Shown: in pieces, positions 46,001-60,620 of the stretch
Layout: each line of letters starts with the position of its first letter
Position numbering within the stretch: the stretch's first letter is position 1
Source: Azolla caroliniana
Lineage: Eukaryota; Plantae; Polypodiophyta
Reading direction: 5' to 3'
DNA length: 64,000 nt
NCBI GenBank assembly: GCA_043228905.1
Contig: JBHGNT010000011.1
Coordinates: 15,376,001-15,440,000 of the forward strand
Translations under genes and position numbers: made by a program
The notes under the pieces: model-generated
Told to the model about the DNA's origin: nothing
Database searches by the model: none
What the model saw: only the letters and a program-made list of their open reading frames with translations

Positions 46001-49000
46001 ATCTCTACTTTAAAAAGACCATACACTAGACCCTTAATTTTGAATTGTAAATATATGTAATTAGTAAGTATTAAGAACCTAAAATTGATGACTAATGCCA
46101 CATTATAGTTATTTAAAAAGGATTTCTAATACTCACACGTATTTGATATTGTAGTACTGCATTTGTATAGTAACAAAATATTGGACCCATTTTTGTAGGT
46201 TTATATTTAAGATGGGAAAAAAATATAATTGGCATTTTCTTGGCAAGACAACCGTCTAAATCCTCCTCTTTTTGCTTCTTTTTCTTTGATTTTTTGCAAC
46301 TTGCATTGTGATCTATCTTCGCCATCATAGTCTCCATGCTTTCTCAATATATTTGATCAAAGTATTTCAAGAACTTTGCTAGCGAGCCCTTGAATTAAAT
46401 GTGCACTTTGGCACAAAGGTGTAATAAAAGTGTGTAAAGAGACGTCAAGATCCAACACATATGATAGATGTATGGTATGCTACATATGTTACAATCATGT
46501 GACACATTCAAACAAAATCATATGTTCTAACAAGCATGGTAATTGATAATATGAAGCAATATATTAAAACAATGGAAGTCCAAAGGAAACAAGAAGGACC
46601 CATACTCCTTTTGAACAGGTACTCCTCCTTTTGAACAGGTTATTGCTTATGTCTTTTGGATCCCATCTTTGCAATAATAAAACAAGGTGGAGAGCATTGA
46701 ACGACTTGTCTTGTTCCAATATGGGTGCTACTCTGTGCATACCCTTTAAACCACTATCACAATATCATCTTCAACATATTTCCGTTCAATTGGAAACATG
46801 ATGGATACATATTGTAGTATTAAGCCATTTCTATCGATATAGGCATTTTTGTTTAGAGGGCCATGCAATGGTTTTTACTCATTTTAATGTTGAAAATGTG
46901 ACAATTCCAAAGTTGTGAAGCCATTTTTTGTGAGCAAAATTTGAAATAAAGAAACAAGGAGTTGCTTGATATCAACCCAAACTTGTAACAATATTCTATA
47001 ACATGTATGATATTGAACCCATTGATCGAGGTTTGAAGTCACAATCCTTCAATTACAAAGCACAAACTTGACCACCATGTTATCATGGTTAATATTCCAT
47101 CTTTTGAGGATACAGGCAATAATTTGTGAAAAGAAAACTTTACCATGTCTTAATGTATTGGCTTAATGTAGTTAAAACCTCCAAGAGACTCATTGATATT
47201 ACATATACATGCCATGTAATGGAACTCCATATTTCTGTGTCACAAATATGTCAGATGTATATATAACATGTTAAAATGAACATTGTTTTTTGAATGTTTC
47301 TAGCTTTTTTGAATTTATAATGGGACCATTTTCGAATTATCCAAAACATTCAATAAGATAACATTATCAAGTGATTTTATTCGAGTATGAACCTAACCAT
47401 TTTGATGCAATTGGAAAGAATGTTAATCTTACAAGATCATCATTACAACATTATGTAAACAATTAACTACAACTCATTACATGGATGTATTGAACAACTC
47501 GCTATATATGCAATACTATGGTCTTTGAAAAACCATAGAATAATATAAAAAATATTGTCGTAATAGTTGTGATGTAGTTGCAAAGAAAGTTTACTATGCA
47601 ACATTGAAACTTAATCGACAATTCAAGTAACCAACTATGGGCACACAAAGTTGCTCTATTACAAATTAGTAGTAGATAGAGATGCAATATGGCCCCTTAT
47701 TCCCACCACAACACTTAGTTATTTTAAAAACTACTATGGCCCATCAGAGAACATACACAACTAACAGAAGGGGAATGCAATCTCCTGGACTCTTTAGAGT
47801 AGGCAAGAATAACCACATAAAGAAGGGATGATCAAGGTCTACCATAAATCAATCAACATATGTGATCTTATGTGCTAGGTTGGATTTATTATATCAAATT
47901 GGTTCGAGTCTTGAAAACATTTGAACGCAAAAAAAAGCTCCTATAAGGATCTTGAGTAAAAAGAAGTCCATAGAAAAGGAATACTAAGAGTCGCGTGCTA
48001 ACCCTTGGAAAATAATACTAACATCACCGAGAGGGCAAAATAGTTATAGCAAGTTGAAAGTTCAATAAAGTCAAAGAAAGTTTGGTGGGCTAGTTACATA
48101 TAGTTGAACAAAACTTTGCCAAAGTCACGTGCCAAGGGATAGGGAGAGGATATTATGATGTATCAAATTTTTATATCAAAGATTGCGCAAATCAATGGTA
48201 CAAGCCGAAGGAGAAAGTCATGAGCAGAGTAAAGCTTCTACTTCCATTTACCTTTTTTCTTTCTCGTCTTTAAGTGATATTGTCAAGGTGCAAGAAATGA
48301 GGGAAAACCTGAACCCACAGGTGATATAGCTAGAACCTAAAGTGTGAGGCCTTAACATTCAGTGAAGTGTCAAACCCATGTATTTCCCATCGTTTCCTCT
48401 CATTTGTTTGGCATTACTATAATTGTCTCTCGCTTATGGTGGTGTACAATCAGCTTATTTAACATTATCCATATAGCCTCTAAATCTATGATATTGCATG
48501 ATGTTCTAAAATATTCCAATTCCAAGGGAAGGTGTCAACTCACAAGAATCACTTTGTCTATAGCACCAAATAATATTTCTGCTCCTCTTTTCAAAAACTT
48601 TGAGATACATATTACTTTGCACTTACTAACCTTTATTCTGCCATGTGCAATTGACTTGCTCAAGCATATCCAAAGTATCTCTCAAACTTCACACGCGTTC
48701 TTCCAATACATCATTAAGTAAAACTTTCATCGCATTTCATTTGATGTATTATCGTGAAACATGAGCAATCACATTTAAGGCATTTGCAATATAGAGCACT
48801 ATATTTGAATGTATGATTCTTCAGACAGACTGAAGAGGGTATACATCACATCATCTAACAGTATTGTGTGTGTTATTACCTTCTAACCATTTCAACAATA
48901 TTACTTCTCATAAATCAAATTTGGCTATGCATGAGATAACATTTAGTCCATACATAAAAAAACCAAAATCCTTTTGATGGCGCAATCAATCCTAGACTTT

Positions 49001-49568
49001 GGCTAAGGTGACAAACCTAGATCAGTGCAACAGGTAGTAAAATATCAGAACTAAGATTAAGATCATTAGGCCATCATAAAGATAACTTTGAATCCTCTAT
49101 TACCCTTCGAAAAACTGACATACTATCCAAGCTATCAATTACTAACCACAGCACAAGGATATAAACATGTGTATATTATACCTGTAACACAAATGCACTA
49201 TTGTTTTGTTGACAAATCCTTTGAAATTTCAATCATTGGACATACACCAGCATCTCTTGGTTAACAATGTAAGTGATATGAAAGAAAGAAGAAAAGAGTA
49301 AAAGAAAGAGCCATACATTTCAACTAACCATACTGTGTTTCATCCCAAAGGACCAAAAGGCTAAATGTGTGAATGTGAACCTTTTTGGGTGACATTCCAC
49401 ACTTTCATGAAATTTCACTTTCAGTCCCAGTCCTTTTGCAAACCCATCTGTTTTCTCTCAATCTCCAAGATCTAAGGGATGTGTATACTTTTTTAGGGTT
49501 TTTCTTCTACCTTTGGTCTGTGTACCTTATACCCTCATAGGACATGTTCAAACCTACAGTAGCCCATT

Positions 49569-51732
49569 TCATAATCGCAGCTTTTTGGTACTGCATGATG
49601 GACACTTATATTGCTTGATGAGCTCAGCTCTTGCTGGCGTTATCTTCACACATTTCCCATGGAACCATTGCTCACAAACGTCACAACATATCCAAAATTC
49701 ATCTGAAGCATAATTCTCACCACATTTCCCACAGAGGGCATTCTCATGCTCATCTTCTTCCTCCTCCTCTTCTTCTTCTTCTTCCTCTTCTGGTTCTTCA
49801 GTCTTTCTCGATGATGGCGGAGGAGGTTGTCGAATCGGCTTTTGCTGCAATTCCGACAATAATACTAAGTACTTGTTTGGTTATGGGCCTGGTCTGATGA
49901 TGAGATTCTTATAACCATGTTTATTAGGTTAATCATGTAATTAAGAGAATGTGATACCTTTTGACCAGATAACATTTCTATTGGGCAATGTAGTGAGAAC
50001 ATAGAAATATATCTTATTACCGGTTTTACCGCCGAGGAGCTCTTTGCCTTGTTGGTGTTGCTCATGCCTCGAACTGGTTTCCGTTCCATCATCACATCAT
50101 ATAGCGTGGGAAGATCACTTATCAGCCCAAATAGCTTTTTCCTGTTTCCAAACACATCAAAAGTCGTGATTTCACCATTCCCGCTAGATAGTTGCTTTTC
50201 ATCTGATTGTTTACATATGAATAAATCATTACACATGACTAGATTATTGGATATCATTGAACTAGATCAAGCTTTCTCATGATACGACATAACGATAAGA
50301 ACTCCACAGTTTGAAAAATTGTCACAACATACCTTTCAACCTTGTCAAACCTTGCAGCATAGAAAAAGGCTACTGCAAGGAGCCATGAATCACTATGAAC
50401 TGCAACAAGTGAGAGCCAATCATGTCGATCCATGCCATCACGCGAGAAGTTGATACCTAACACAGGCTCTGGAAGCTCCGAGGGCACCTCCTCTACTGGT
50501 AAAGTCACCACCCATTTTGCATCTGGGAAACCATACAGGCATAAATTCTCTCTCCCTGCAAAAAAAACACATGAATGAAGTAAAATGTGGTGAATCAAGC
50601 GTGTACGTTCTGTCTCTCTTAGGATATACCCTTGTAATAAGCCAGTTTTTATTAGGGCTACACCCTAGTGGTAAGCCAAGAAGTTTCTATGAATGCATAC
50701 ACCTGGGTTCAAATCTCACTATCCTTGTACTACTTTACCAGATGTCATTGACCGATGTGAAGGCTGAACACATGACATTCGGGTCACCATATGATAACCT
50801 TCTCATTGCAGTGTTGTCTGTCTTGATTCATTATTGTCAAAGTGTGGTCTCGTTCTCTCTCTCTCTCTCAACTATCAGGGTATCTACAATATTCAAATCT
50901 CACTAAAAGCACTACTTTACAAGATGACAATGCAAAAAGCATAGGCTTTGAATGCATGACCTTCATGTACACAACAGCTCCTTGGTCCAGCAGAGAGGAT
51001 AAAGAATCTGTGTGACGGAGTTATATCAATTTCCCAAATCAAATAAATAACTGACAAACTACCACAAGCCACTGTGGAATGCCAGGGCTTTGACACATGA
51101 CCTAGGCTCTGCCAGATAACCTTATCAACCGTGCTACAACTGCTTTGGACAAATCTATATATATCTCTCTCTCTCAAACACACAGACAGGGTCATGCTCT
51201 ACCGGTGTTTTGAGGACGAGAATACATCACCATTACCACCTTTCGCTCTTAAGGGTTGTACCCTAGGGCTAAAGAAGCCATATCCTTTATGAAACCATAG
51301 ACCTGGGGTTCAAAGCTCAAACCACAAACCAATTTCACCAGACAACACATCCAAAACTTAGGGTTTTGATTCTTGAACACGTAACCCCTTCCTCCCTCCA
51401 CCGCAAAATCTTCCCAGCTGAGCTACTATATACCCATGAAGTTCTCTTTCTTGCTCACTCCCTTTTCAAATCCCACAGAAAGAGAACCCAATCAGCAGGC
51501 AAGCTAAATCCTCCAGAAAGGAAAAAGAGAAATCCACATCGAGAACACAAATTCTTGAGGGAAAAGATGGATAAGGATCCAATTCCGCAGGGGAAACGAA
51601 GAAGAGAAGAGAGCACCCACCTGGATCACATTGCTTGACGAAATCGTCGACATCTGCAGAGAAGAAGAGAGAAGGAGATGAATTAAAACGAAACAATGGG
51701 AAAAGAAAAACAGAGTAGAGGTGGGGATGAAA

Positions 51733-51769
<37 letters not shown>

Positions 51770-51926
51770 AAGAGAGAGTTAAGTTGTAAAAAAAAAATTG
51801 GTTACCATTGGTGAGAGCGGAGAGCAGAGCAGATCGACGGCCTTTGAAATCTCTGAAAATCTCTTCGAGGGAACGTGGGTGCTGATGGTGGTGGTGGTGG
51901 TGGTGATGATGAATCTCTGCTTCCAT
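49569..51926 (-). CDS. Alfin-like PHD finger protein (~257 aa); exons 51926-51806, 51653-51621, 50555-50333, 50141-50021, 49844-49569
   Basis: Alfin/PAL domain [15 protein letters not shown]...[12 protein letters not shown]...[21 protein letters not shown]...[14 protein letters not shown], an acidic tract, and [40 protein letters not shown]...YKCPSC. GT-AG introns are phase-compatible (774 nt total). The last acceptor is the least certain. Confidence 0.93.
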
Positions 51927-52051
51927 TGATTCAAAGAGGAAAGAAACAGAGGAAGGAACAGAGGAACAGAGTGTGAAGGAGGGAGGAGGATGGTTTACAA
52001 GAGAAGACAGGAATCCCCTTCTTTCTTTACATTGTTTTTTATCTGAGTTAT

Positions 52052-52297
<246 letters not shown>

Positions 52298-52514
52298 TCC
52301 ACATATAATGAAACAAAATGGAGGAAACTAAAAAACTAATGTGTGTGTGTGTGGTGTATCAGAGCAGATCATGTGAGCTACCAAAGCGCTCTACATAGCA
52401 CAATACCATCGAAGGCCATGGAAAAAAAGGCCCCAAGGGCATTCACACAGAAATAAAGAAACGTTCCAGTGGGCATCTGATCTACTACTCTCGTGCCTTA
52501 TACCTTGTTTCGTC

Positions 52515-52728
52515 AGGATCACCTGGTATGTTGGTTGAAGAAGAGCTTATACGGACTGAAGGAAGCTCCCCAACAATGGTACCGAAAGGTCGACTCCATC
52601 ATGACAGACCAAGGATACCACAAGACACAGGCCGACCACTGCGTGTTCGTGAAGAAATTTGACGAAGGCAATTTCCTGATACTGTTGTTGTATGTGGATG
52701 ACATGCTAATCGTCGGACCGGACCGGAT
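52515..52728 (+). pseudogene. Isolated Copia RT fragment resembling family C
   Basis: LVCWLKKSLYGLKEAPQQWYRK...DHCVFVKKF...LLLYVDDMLIVG, with no LTRs nearby. Confidence 0.85.
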
Positions 52729-53299
52729 GCTGCTTGTTAATGGGTCTACGCAATTATATTTGGGGGTAATGATCTGTGTGCTTTTTGTAACGGTTCCATT
52801 CCATTTGCTCATAGTAAGTGTAGGATGGGTGGTGCAGAAGATTGGGTATACATATATGGCATTGCATGCATGCAAGGGAGCATTCTTTCAGGCCCGTCGC
52901 ATCAACGGGCCGAACATTTCATCTTGCAACTCTTGGACGCTTGCACCCCTGCATGGCCCATGCAAATTGAAGGCATGATAGATGTGTTGGTCTAACAATT
53001 TCAGAATTAGTTGGGCGTGCATCTTGGTGCATGTTCTTGGAATTCAGCCCATGTTTGTGTGTGGCAAACAATGTCCTTGTTGAAAATCTTTTGGATTTAG
53101 TGTAGGATATGGAATAGACTATCCCCATTCCCATTCCTTTCAATAGTTTTTCTTGTAACTCTAGTTTGGTATCTTAGGTTGACCTTTTAAAAGCGTTCGC
53201 ATTTATATTATTTCTCTTTGATTTTTTAACTATTAAATTGGAACAAATGGTTTTACACAAAAAAGGGCTCTAAATAGGCTGCCATTGGGAATAAAGTTA

Positions 53300-53800
53300 C
53301 AATGCATTTGCTACAACTAGATTGATGTGGTGCTTTTAACAAACACTCCAAAGAGATGCACAAAAGCGTATGGGTGACTTGGAAATCTTGTGCATGCATA
53401 GTTAGTTGACTCTCGATAGATATACAACTAAGGTTATCCTTGTGAAAACAAAAAATAAGGACAAATCATGCATTGATTATGAGGGAGTACTTGAATTATT
53501 AGAATGCTTCAAATACCTTCCATCCAATCATAGATCAAATAAATGTGTTACTCATTGCTTGGAAGCTCAAAGGAGGGTTGGCTAGGTGTGCATTTGAGAA
53601 CATATGCAATGGAAGACAATTGAATGATATGTTCTCCACAAATATCTCTTTGTTATATTGGTGACATCAATGCCTTTTTATGGCGTAAAGTATGGGATGG
53701 TAACATATGTAACACCACTTAGAACAAATTTGAAAATGTCTAAAACTGATTTCTTATGATGTTTCTTCGGGTCAATATATAGATGACATACGTACATTCT
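53300..53800 (+). pseudogene. Possible highly degenerate LINE RT C-terminal remnant
   Basis: Fragments read ELLECFKYL (FKYLG-like) at ~53495-53520 and YGVKVW (YGxExWG-like) at ~53680. There is no continuous ORF. Confidence 0.4.
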
Positions 53801-56800
53801 CCTACTTCTCAAGAGTAGATCACTTTACGTTAAGATAATGTACATGCTTAAGATTTTTTAAAAGATAAAACGCATATTCCCTTGCTTAAATTTCATAGGA
53901 AGTAATTAATGTTTGCAACTTTTTACGGCATACAAAAGCAAAATATGAAGTTATGGGCGGATACAATATGCGAGGAAATGGTTTGGAAAATGGGATGTAT
54001 TACAATCATTTCAATATATTTACCGATGAATAAGGTTGTTTTTGTAACACCAATGTGTCACAACTTCAAAGAGATGGGGATGCTCATGCTTAATATAGAT
54101 TATATGCATATTTATTGTACCAACCTATAAAACCATACTCTTTTGTCCACCGTTGCCAACATTTAATACATGTAACTCACACAAGTGAGGAAGTTCGTTG
54201 AATTTGCATAGAGGGTCCTAAACAGGTTTGTAAGTGTGAGCATCACTCTCTACAACAACATTCCACCTTTGATAATATTCGGTATTGCTTCCCAACGTTG
54301 TCAACTCAAACCTATCCCTACACATATCTCTCGATTTGCACTCACGATTTGCCACGTTCATTTATAAAATTGTTGAGCCATGAGAGTCACTAATCAAATC
54401 ATACAACACACCACATGAAATGTTTCCTTTCAGGTCCATAAGTCATATCTGGCCTCCAAGGGTGATAGCCAAATTATCTATGTATATTTGCTATTAAAAA
54501 TAAGTGAAAATTCACTTGGGCCAATTATGCAAACATGATTTGAGAAAATCGAAGAGCCCAGTAGGCATACTCGCATAAGTTGAGAACTTTTGTTTGATTC
54601 ACATGTTTGAGCTGTAACTGATTGATGTAGATCATGACTTGTACGCTTTTCGACATGGACACAATGGTGAAAAAAAAACTTTTTGCCTTGTTCAAAATCA
54701 CATGAATTATACACATAATTATCTGTCGTTGAGGTACACTTATTTATTCATAAATAGAGGCCGCATACCATTATCACATTACATAGGGCTAGGTAGGTAG
54801 AAGAACACCCACAATTAAAAAACCATTCTCCTATAAGTTTGGCTAATTACAAATGGAAATGTATATTAGAGTTGGAATTAGAAGACGAATGAAGTTTTAT
54901 TGGAAATACACAAATATATCGATATTTTATATACTATTATACACTCATATGTACATATGGACATTCCTTTTCTTTTCTTTTCTTTTTCCAAAAAAACCTT
55001 CTTCCATTATTTTATAAAATATTACAGATGAGAGTATTATATACAAATCCCTGTAGGGACACGATAGTTCCATCTTATGTGGATACCCACAGACTCAAGA
55101 AAGGGAGAGGATGACCGTTGTTGGATAAAGGCTAGTCGTTGTCTTTTAACTCCATTGGAGCCACCTTTAAGGCTATCATATTGGCTCTTTAGAGTGGTTA
55201 CAACTTCACTCCATATCTCTTGCATTAACATTATTGGATGCATGGTTTGGTTGGAGAAGAACTGTCTACACTATTGTTTCCATAGAATCTAGAGAGTTAT
55301 TGGGTTGACCAATTCCAACACAACTTGAGATTCGGCATTAATAAGAGCTGAGTGGATAGTGCCGATGGTGGAAAAAAGAACCTCTTGTTCTTATCACCAA
55401 AGTCATCTCCTCCTCCTGATGTTCGTACCTATCAATTGGGGCTTGCCATGATAACCAACATACATTTTCCCACTTGATTGCGCTTTGCACCTAGCATAAT
55501 TGCAATAGGCGGCCAACCCCCCGCTATATTCGATTGGTCTCTGGGCAATCCCAAAGAGCGTGTCGGATTGATTTTGTTGCATTTGGGTACGCTACACAAT
55601 TAGGAGAGCTAAGGTTGCCACACTCCAACCGGTAGTGGCTTATGTATTAATAGCCATTGGAATGTAGTAATTCACCTTGTGTGTTCTTGTTTCCAGATTT
55701 TCTGCCAAAACATGGTGATAATTGTGTGAGGAACATGATATGTGTGCCAGACCTTTGCAGCAGCCGACTCTCGAGCGGTTTGAGCGGCTAGAATGTGGCG
55801 ACCCAATCTAGTCGTGAATTGGAAGAAAGGGATGACTTTGCTTCCTTGACCCGCATAAGGATCACGCCATGTCCATTACAAAGGGTCCCAAATTACTAGT
55901 ATTTCAGAATAGCCCTTGGTTGAACATCCCAACCTTAGTCCCAACATGAGTTAGAATCAACCCCCTCTGACTGTTTATCGAATTATTACACAAACATCTT
56001 CTTGCCAGTGATTCATCAAGATTGCCCTCCTGAATGGCATGTTCCCCTCGATCTGGATGGATGGATCTTTTTGTAGACCTCCTCCCTCAGAATCGAACTT
56101 GAGAGTTCTTACATAGCCATGTGTACATTCCTTTACTTTCATGATTATCGATTTAGAATGATGTTCATTGTTGAGTTCAAGCTCTTGTAGTTGTTCATAT
56201 ACATAAATACATATACAAAAAACAAAGCATGCATACATGTAAATATTCATGAACACATAACGTGTATTTGTGTATGTGTGTATGGATGGATGAATGTTTT
56301 GAGGTATGTGTAAGCGTGCATTTATATGTATGTATTATGTACACATATATGTATTTGAACTTGATTGCACGTAAAATTTGAACAAAGATATATGATATGA
56401 TTTATGTTTAAATGATACACATGCATAATGTTGAGAAGGTATATTTCAAGACACATTGCACTAATTTGTTTAAGTCGGTTTTGGAAGTTGCAAGAAGTTG
56501 TGGGAATATTGTATTGATGTGGGATATATTCAAGTTTGTGTATACCATTGTCAATCACACTATGATTATAGCATTGTTGGGATGGTCGTATTTGAACTTC
56601 ATATCAAATAGGGAGAGAAATTAAAATGTCATCATATGTTCAATTATCTTGTTGAATCAATTTGTATTACTTTTTGCTAATTTGTTAAGGAATAATATAA
56701 AGTGGGTTACAAACTTGAGATTAGGCCATAATGACAAAGAACTTAAAGAACATTTCTCTTTGATGGAAGATTTCTTAGCTAATCACATTATATATTGTTA

Positions 56801-59016
56801 ATTTTCTTCATTAAGAATATGAAACATGTCACAACTTGCCTTTCTAAACATAGTCATAATGCCCAAGAAGACCAATATTTTCTACAGAATGTTGAGGATG
56901 TATAGTTAAATCACATTGTAAGGATATATAGTTAAATAACATTGTAGCAACTTGTTTCCCTAGTTGATCACGACAAAGAATATCAACGTCTCCTAGGATG
57001 TTGAAGTTTTTCAAATAAATAATCTTGTGTATGTTGGAAACATGGAAAAACTTGCCAATATATTATATACTCTCACATATTCAAAGGTATTTGGGTGATT
57101 TATACATCAACATTAACAAATCTCACAATGGTTGTGACAAATGGGATTGTCTACAAAAGAAGCACATCAGATTAACTTATAGAACCAACCAATGATATGT
57201 TCATTGTGCAAAACCCACAAGAAGGTAGTAAATTTCTACAATTATATAAAGACAGGTTATTATCAAAATTTGGCAAGCTGTCGGATTTGAACCTGCATTT
57301 GTAGATCTACGAATCCAATCCCCTTTTGTTGGGTGATGCTTGCTTCATGTAAACCTTATGTTGAGCTCTTGTGATGAGTACGTGTTGAGCTCCGCACGAG
57401 AGAGGTTAAAGAATTCTCTCATGGTGAGCTCGTCATTGTGTGAACACACACCCATCTCATCATGGCTAGTCATCCGTGATAGAATTAGAGGGTTCTGCCA
57501 TACTTTTGCATAATAGTTGAGGGGAAAGGGGTCACAACAAATAGTGCTTGCGATAGAGCATTATTGCATGGGGACAATAGTGCTCATTGTTGTAGAAGAA
57601 TACAATGCTTGAGTGCTTGAATACAAAATAACTCAAAGTCGACTTCGGTGGCATTGTTAAATTCAACTTCAATTTCAACTTTAACAAACTCTAAAGATGT
57701 AATCTTCAACCCCATCTTTCTTGGTTCAAGCAGCTACTAGTGGCCCGGTTCATGTTTCAATGATTACAATAGTGGGAGTGGGAGTGAAGGTTGTACATGT
57801 TATTGTTGGATTTTCTTCACTTCCATTGTCACTAACAATGGAGATGTTTATGCTGTTGGATTAAAACAAGAAAACCAAGGGTATGGAAAGGCTCATGTCT
57901 CTCTTTCCAACACTAACTTCCTTCCCTTTGGTATGTTATCATTTGCTTAGTGGTGGGTACCCAAGGAACTCCTCAAACATGTGCATATTTTACAAAAGAA
58001 CTTTCTTTATTCATTTTTTATGCATTCAAGTGATAAATCCTAAGGTTTAGTTTGATTCATTTATAGATTCCACGTTCAAATCTTATCAATTTTCTCACTA
58101 ATACCATGGCCTACTACATTGTATTGCAATGAACTTGAAACGTGAGATCAAATCCCAATAATATAACTATGTGAACATGCTGAATGTAGAGGAAGATTGC
58201 ATATTATCTTCATTGTCTACCAAGCAACCACAGGAACTAATTAAGACCTCTTTGGTCTCTCCCTCTCTCTTTTTCTCTAATTCACTCACTCTCTAGTTGT
58301 GGTATTAAGGGATGGAAATATTAGGTCTTACATATTGAAAATTCTCGTATATATGACTAATACTAAGTAAAACTCATCAGTGATTATAAAATGCCATGAA
58401 AAACTAATCAACAAGCAGATTTCTGACATAAAACCTGTATGGAATTCCCACCATAGTCCTATCATGAGAATAGAATCACCAAGTCACTTGAATTTCAATA
58501 AATCCACAACGGTTTCAATCATTTAGTTGAATGCTTGGTTTGTTTAACCCCAATTCTTTTAGATCCATTCCCACAATGAAAGCAAAATTCACTCTCCAGT
58601 TTTGCATAGCTTCTGTTCCTAACAAAATATTTCTAACTTGATCCAGACTAAACCAGATTTGAGCACAAAAGCCTTCTCTTCAAACCTTGATAACACTGTC
58701 GTGTAGCAATGAATCTAACAAATTTGAAGTGAGCTGAAGCCCATCCTATCTCAGGAGAGGGCAAGATACCAGAATAAAGATATGTTTTTGTCAGCATTTT
58801 ATTCAAAAAATTATTATCATTACAATAATAATAACAATACTCAAAAGAGGCTCTAACCAGCTAATCCTGATATACCTTTCTTTTTTGAGTCTATATATTT
58901 GGAAGCCCAAGTAACAAATTTTGCTTTTATTTAGTTATCCATTCCATTGATACCTCGGAATGTATGCATCGATACGATGAATACGCGATAAAGAAAGAAA
59001 AAAAAAGGGAAATTTT

Positions 59017-60090
59017 TCACTTTCCTGTTGGGAATGAGCGAAGAACTTGATGAGGATTCGGGTGGTTCTGAAGTTGTTGTCTGGTGGCACCGTGCATATG
59101 ATGAGGGTCGGGGTGAATGAATCTTTGTGGTGGAGGGGCAAATACATTGTAAGGGTAAGGCTCAATGGCGGGTGTGGTAGGGTTCGAACCCCGAACCATA
59201 GGAAGAGGCCCTTGTGGTGGTGCTAATGTCTTAATTGAAGCTTTCACAACATCTTCCATACCAGCATAGTACCCGGGGGGCATTGGTGCCGATGCAAAGA
59301 TGTAATCCGAAGATGAAGGGCCTTCACTAGAGAGGCCTTGCATCCTTTTGAGATATAACCTATACTTTTGAAGATGACTCGCGACATTCTCTCGGGTTAA
59401 CCCTTCCACATTCATGAGCTGCATGATGGTCTTCGGGACGGCGTTGTGGATGCCGAGATGGCCGACCGCCTCTATGAACCGTTTGTGAAGCTCGGGTGTC
59501 CACACTAGACGAGGCCGCTTGAGTGTCCGGGCCGACGAGTCATCATTTGGATTTGCTTCCTCGGGCACTGAAGAATCCACCTCCTCCGGTTGGGGATCGT
59601 GGTCTCGGTCTCGGTCTCTATCTTGGTCTCGGTCTCGGTCTTGGTCATGTCCGGGGTTGATGCCCATCTGAACACCCCTATCGAAGGGGTATCGGGACTC
59701 ACCATCATTGACATCACCAGACGTTATTACAGGATGGTTGGGATTAGGGTTTCTAGATTTTGGGAAATTGGGGTTAACAGGGTAATTAGGGCCAAGGCTA
59801 TTCGGGTTAGAGTTAGAAGGGTTTCTAGGGTTGAGGTTAAAAGGATGGTTATTTGGATTGTTAGGGTTAGGGCTTTCTGAGGTGTGGGTGCCTCTGAGGA
59901 TGGCAACAATGGACTGGGAAGCTTTGTTTACATCTGCAAGGATATGGTAAGGAGGTATGTCTGAGGTTATACTAAAAGCTGAGGCAAGCTGTGGGGATAT
60001 GAGGCACTGTGATAGAGGGGTTAGCTCTGCTACACTAGGTAAACCATCTTCCCATTCCTTCACTCTATCACTTCTATTATCTCCATCCAT
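59017..60090 (-). CDS. LUX: LUX ARRHYTHMO/PCL1/BOA-like GARP (SHAQKYF-class MYB) transcription factor, ~357 aa, intronless CDS
   Basis: N-terminal [30 protein letters not shown] motif, and DNA-binding domain [76 protein letters not shown]. The first ATG is at 60090. Confidence 0.92.
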   Translation of the reverse strand: MDGDNRSDRVKEWEDGLPSVAELTPLSQCLISPQLASAFSITSDIPPYHILADVNKASQSIVAILRGTHTSESPNPNNPNNHPFNLNPRNPSNSNPNSLGPNYPVNPNFPKSRNPNPNHPVITSGDVNDGESRYPFDRGVQMGINPGHDQDRDRDQDRDRDRDHDPQPEEVDSSVPEEANPNDDSSARTLKRPRLVWTPELHKRFIEAVGHLGIHNAVPKTIMQLMNVEGLTRENVASHLQKYRLYLKRMQGLSSEGPSSSDYIFASAPMPPGYYAGMEDVVKASIKTLAPPQGPLPMVRGSNPTTPAIEPYPYNVFAPPPQRFIHPDPHHMHGATRQQLQNHPNPHQVLRSFPTGK

Positions 60091-60208
60091 CCTCTCTCGA
60101 TCTCTCTTTTTTCCTCTGTCTCCTCTCCCCTCCCTCTTTCTGTCTCTTTCTCTCTCCTGTTTTGTATTGAAATGAAAACAAATATATGTCTTCGATCTGT
60201 TCACTTAC

Positions 60209-60247
60209 CTCTTCTTCTTCTTCTTCTTCTTCTTCTTCTTCTTCTTC
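60209..60247. repeat. (CTT/GAA)n microsatellite in the probable 5' leader of the LUX-like gene
   Basis: About 13 CTT units are visible. Confidence 0.9.
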
Positions 60248-60540
60248 ATTTCCACTGTAAGCCCACCATTGCTTGATTCGATGCTTTCCTTCCTCCGCCC
60301 TGATCTCTTACAATACCAGCAAATGGGTGCGAAAGAAAAAACCCTAATTTCTGAAAGAAAGAAAACAAGAGATTATTCAGGGATGGGGAGGGTTTGATCC
60401 CATTGTTGTTGGCCTGCAACGATCTTCCATAGCTTGAAAAGCTCCAAAAGAAAAAAGAAATGTGCGTGTGTGAGTGTGTGTGGTTTCAGAGAGGGTTCCT
60501 TTTTTCCTTATTTTTCTTCCTTTAGTAAGAGAAGGAAGAT

Positions 60541-60620
60541 ATATGTATGTATGTGAGCATGTATGTATGTATGTATGTATGTATCATGTATGTATCATGT
60601 ATGTATGTATGTACATATAT
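60541..60620. repeat. (ATGT)n microsatellite upstream of the LUX-like gene
   Basis: Directly visible tetramer array. Confidence 0.85.

Noticed and set aside
43078-49500. Short ORFs in AT-rich intergenic DNA (also 54400-58900 and 61300-64000)
   Set aside because: No recognisable domains or consistent exon structure. Old TE debris is possible but cannot be supported by eye.
60091-60204. 38-aa N-terminal extension of the LUX-like ORF
   Set aside because: It starts at a non-ATG codon and consists of GA-repeat leader or intron sequence. Homology begins after the ATG at 60090.
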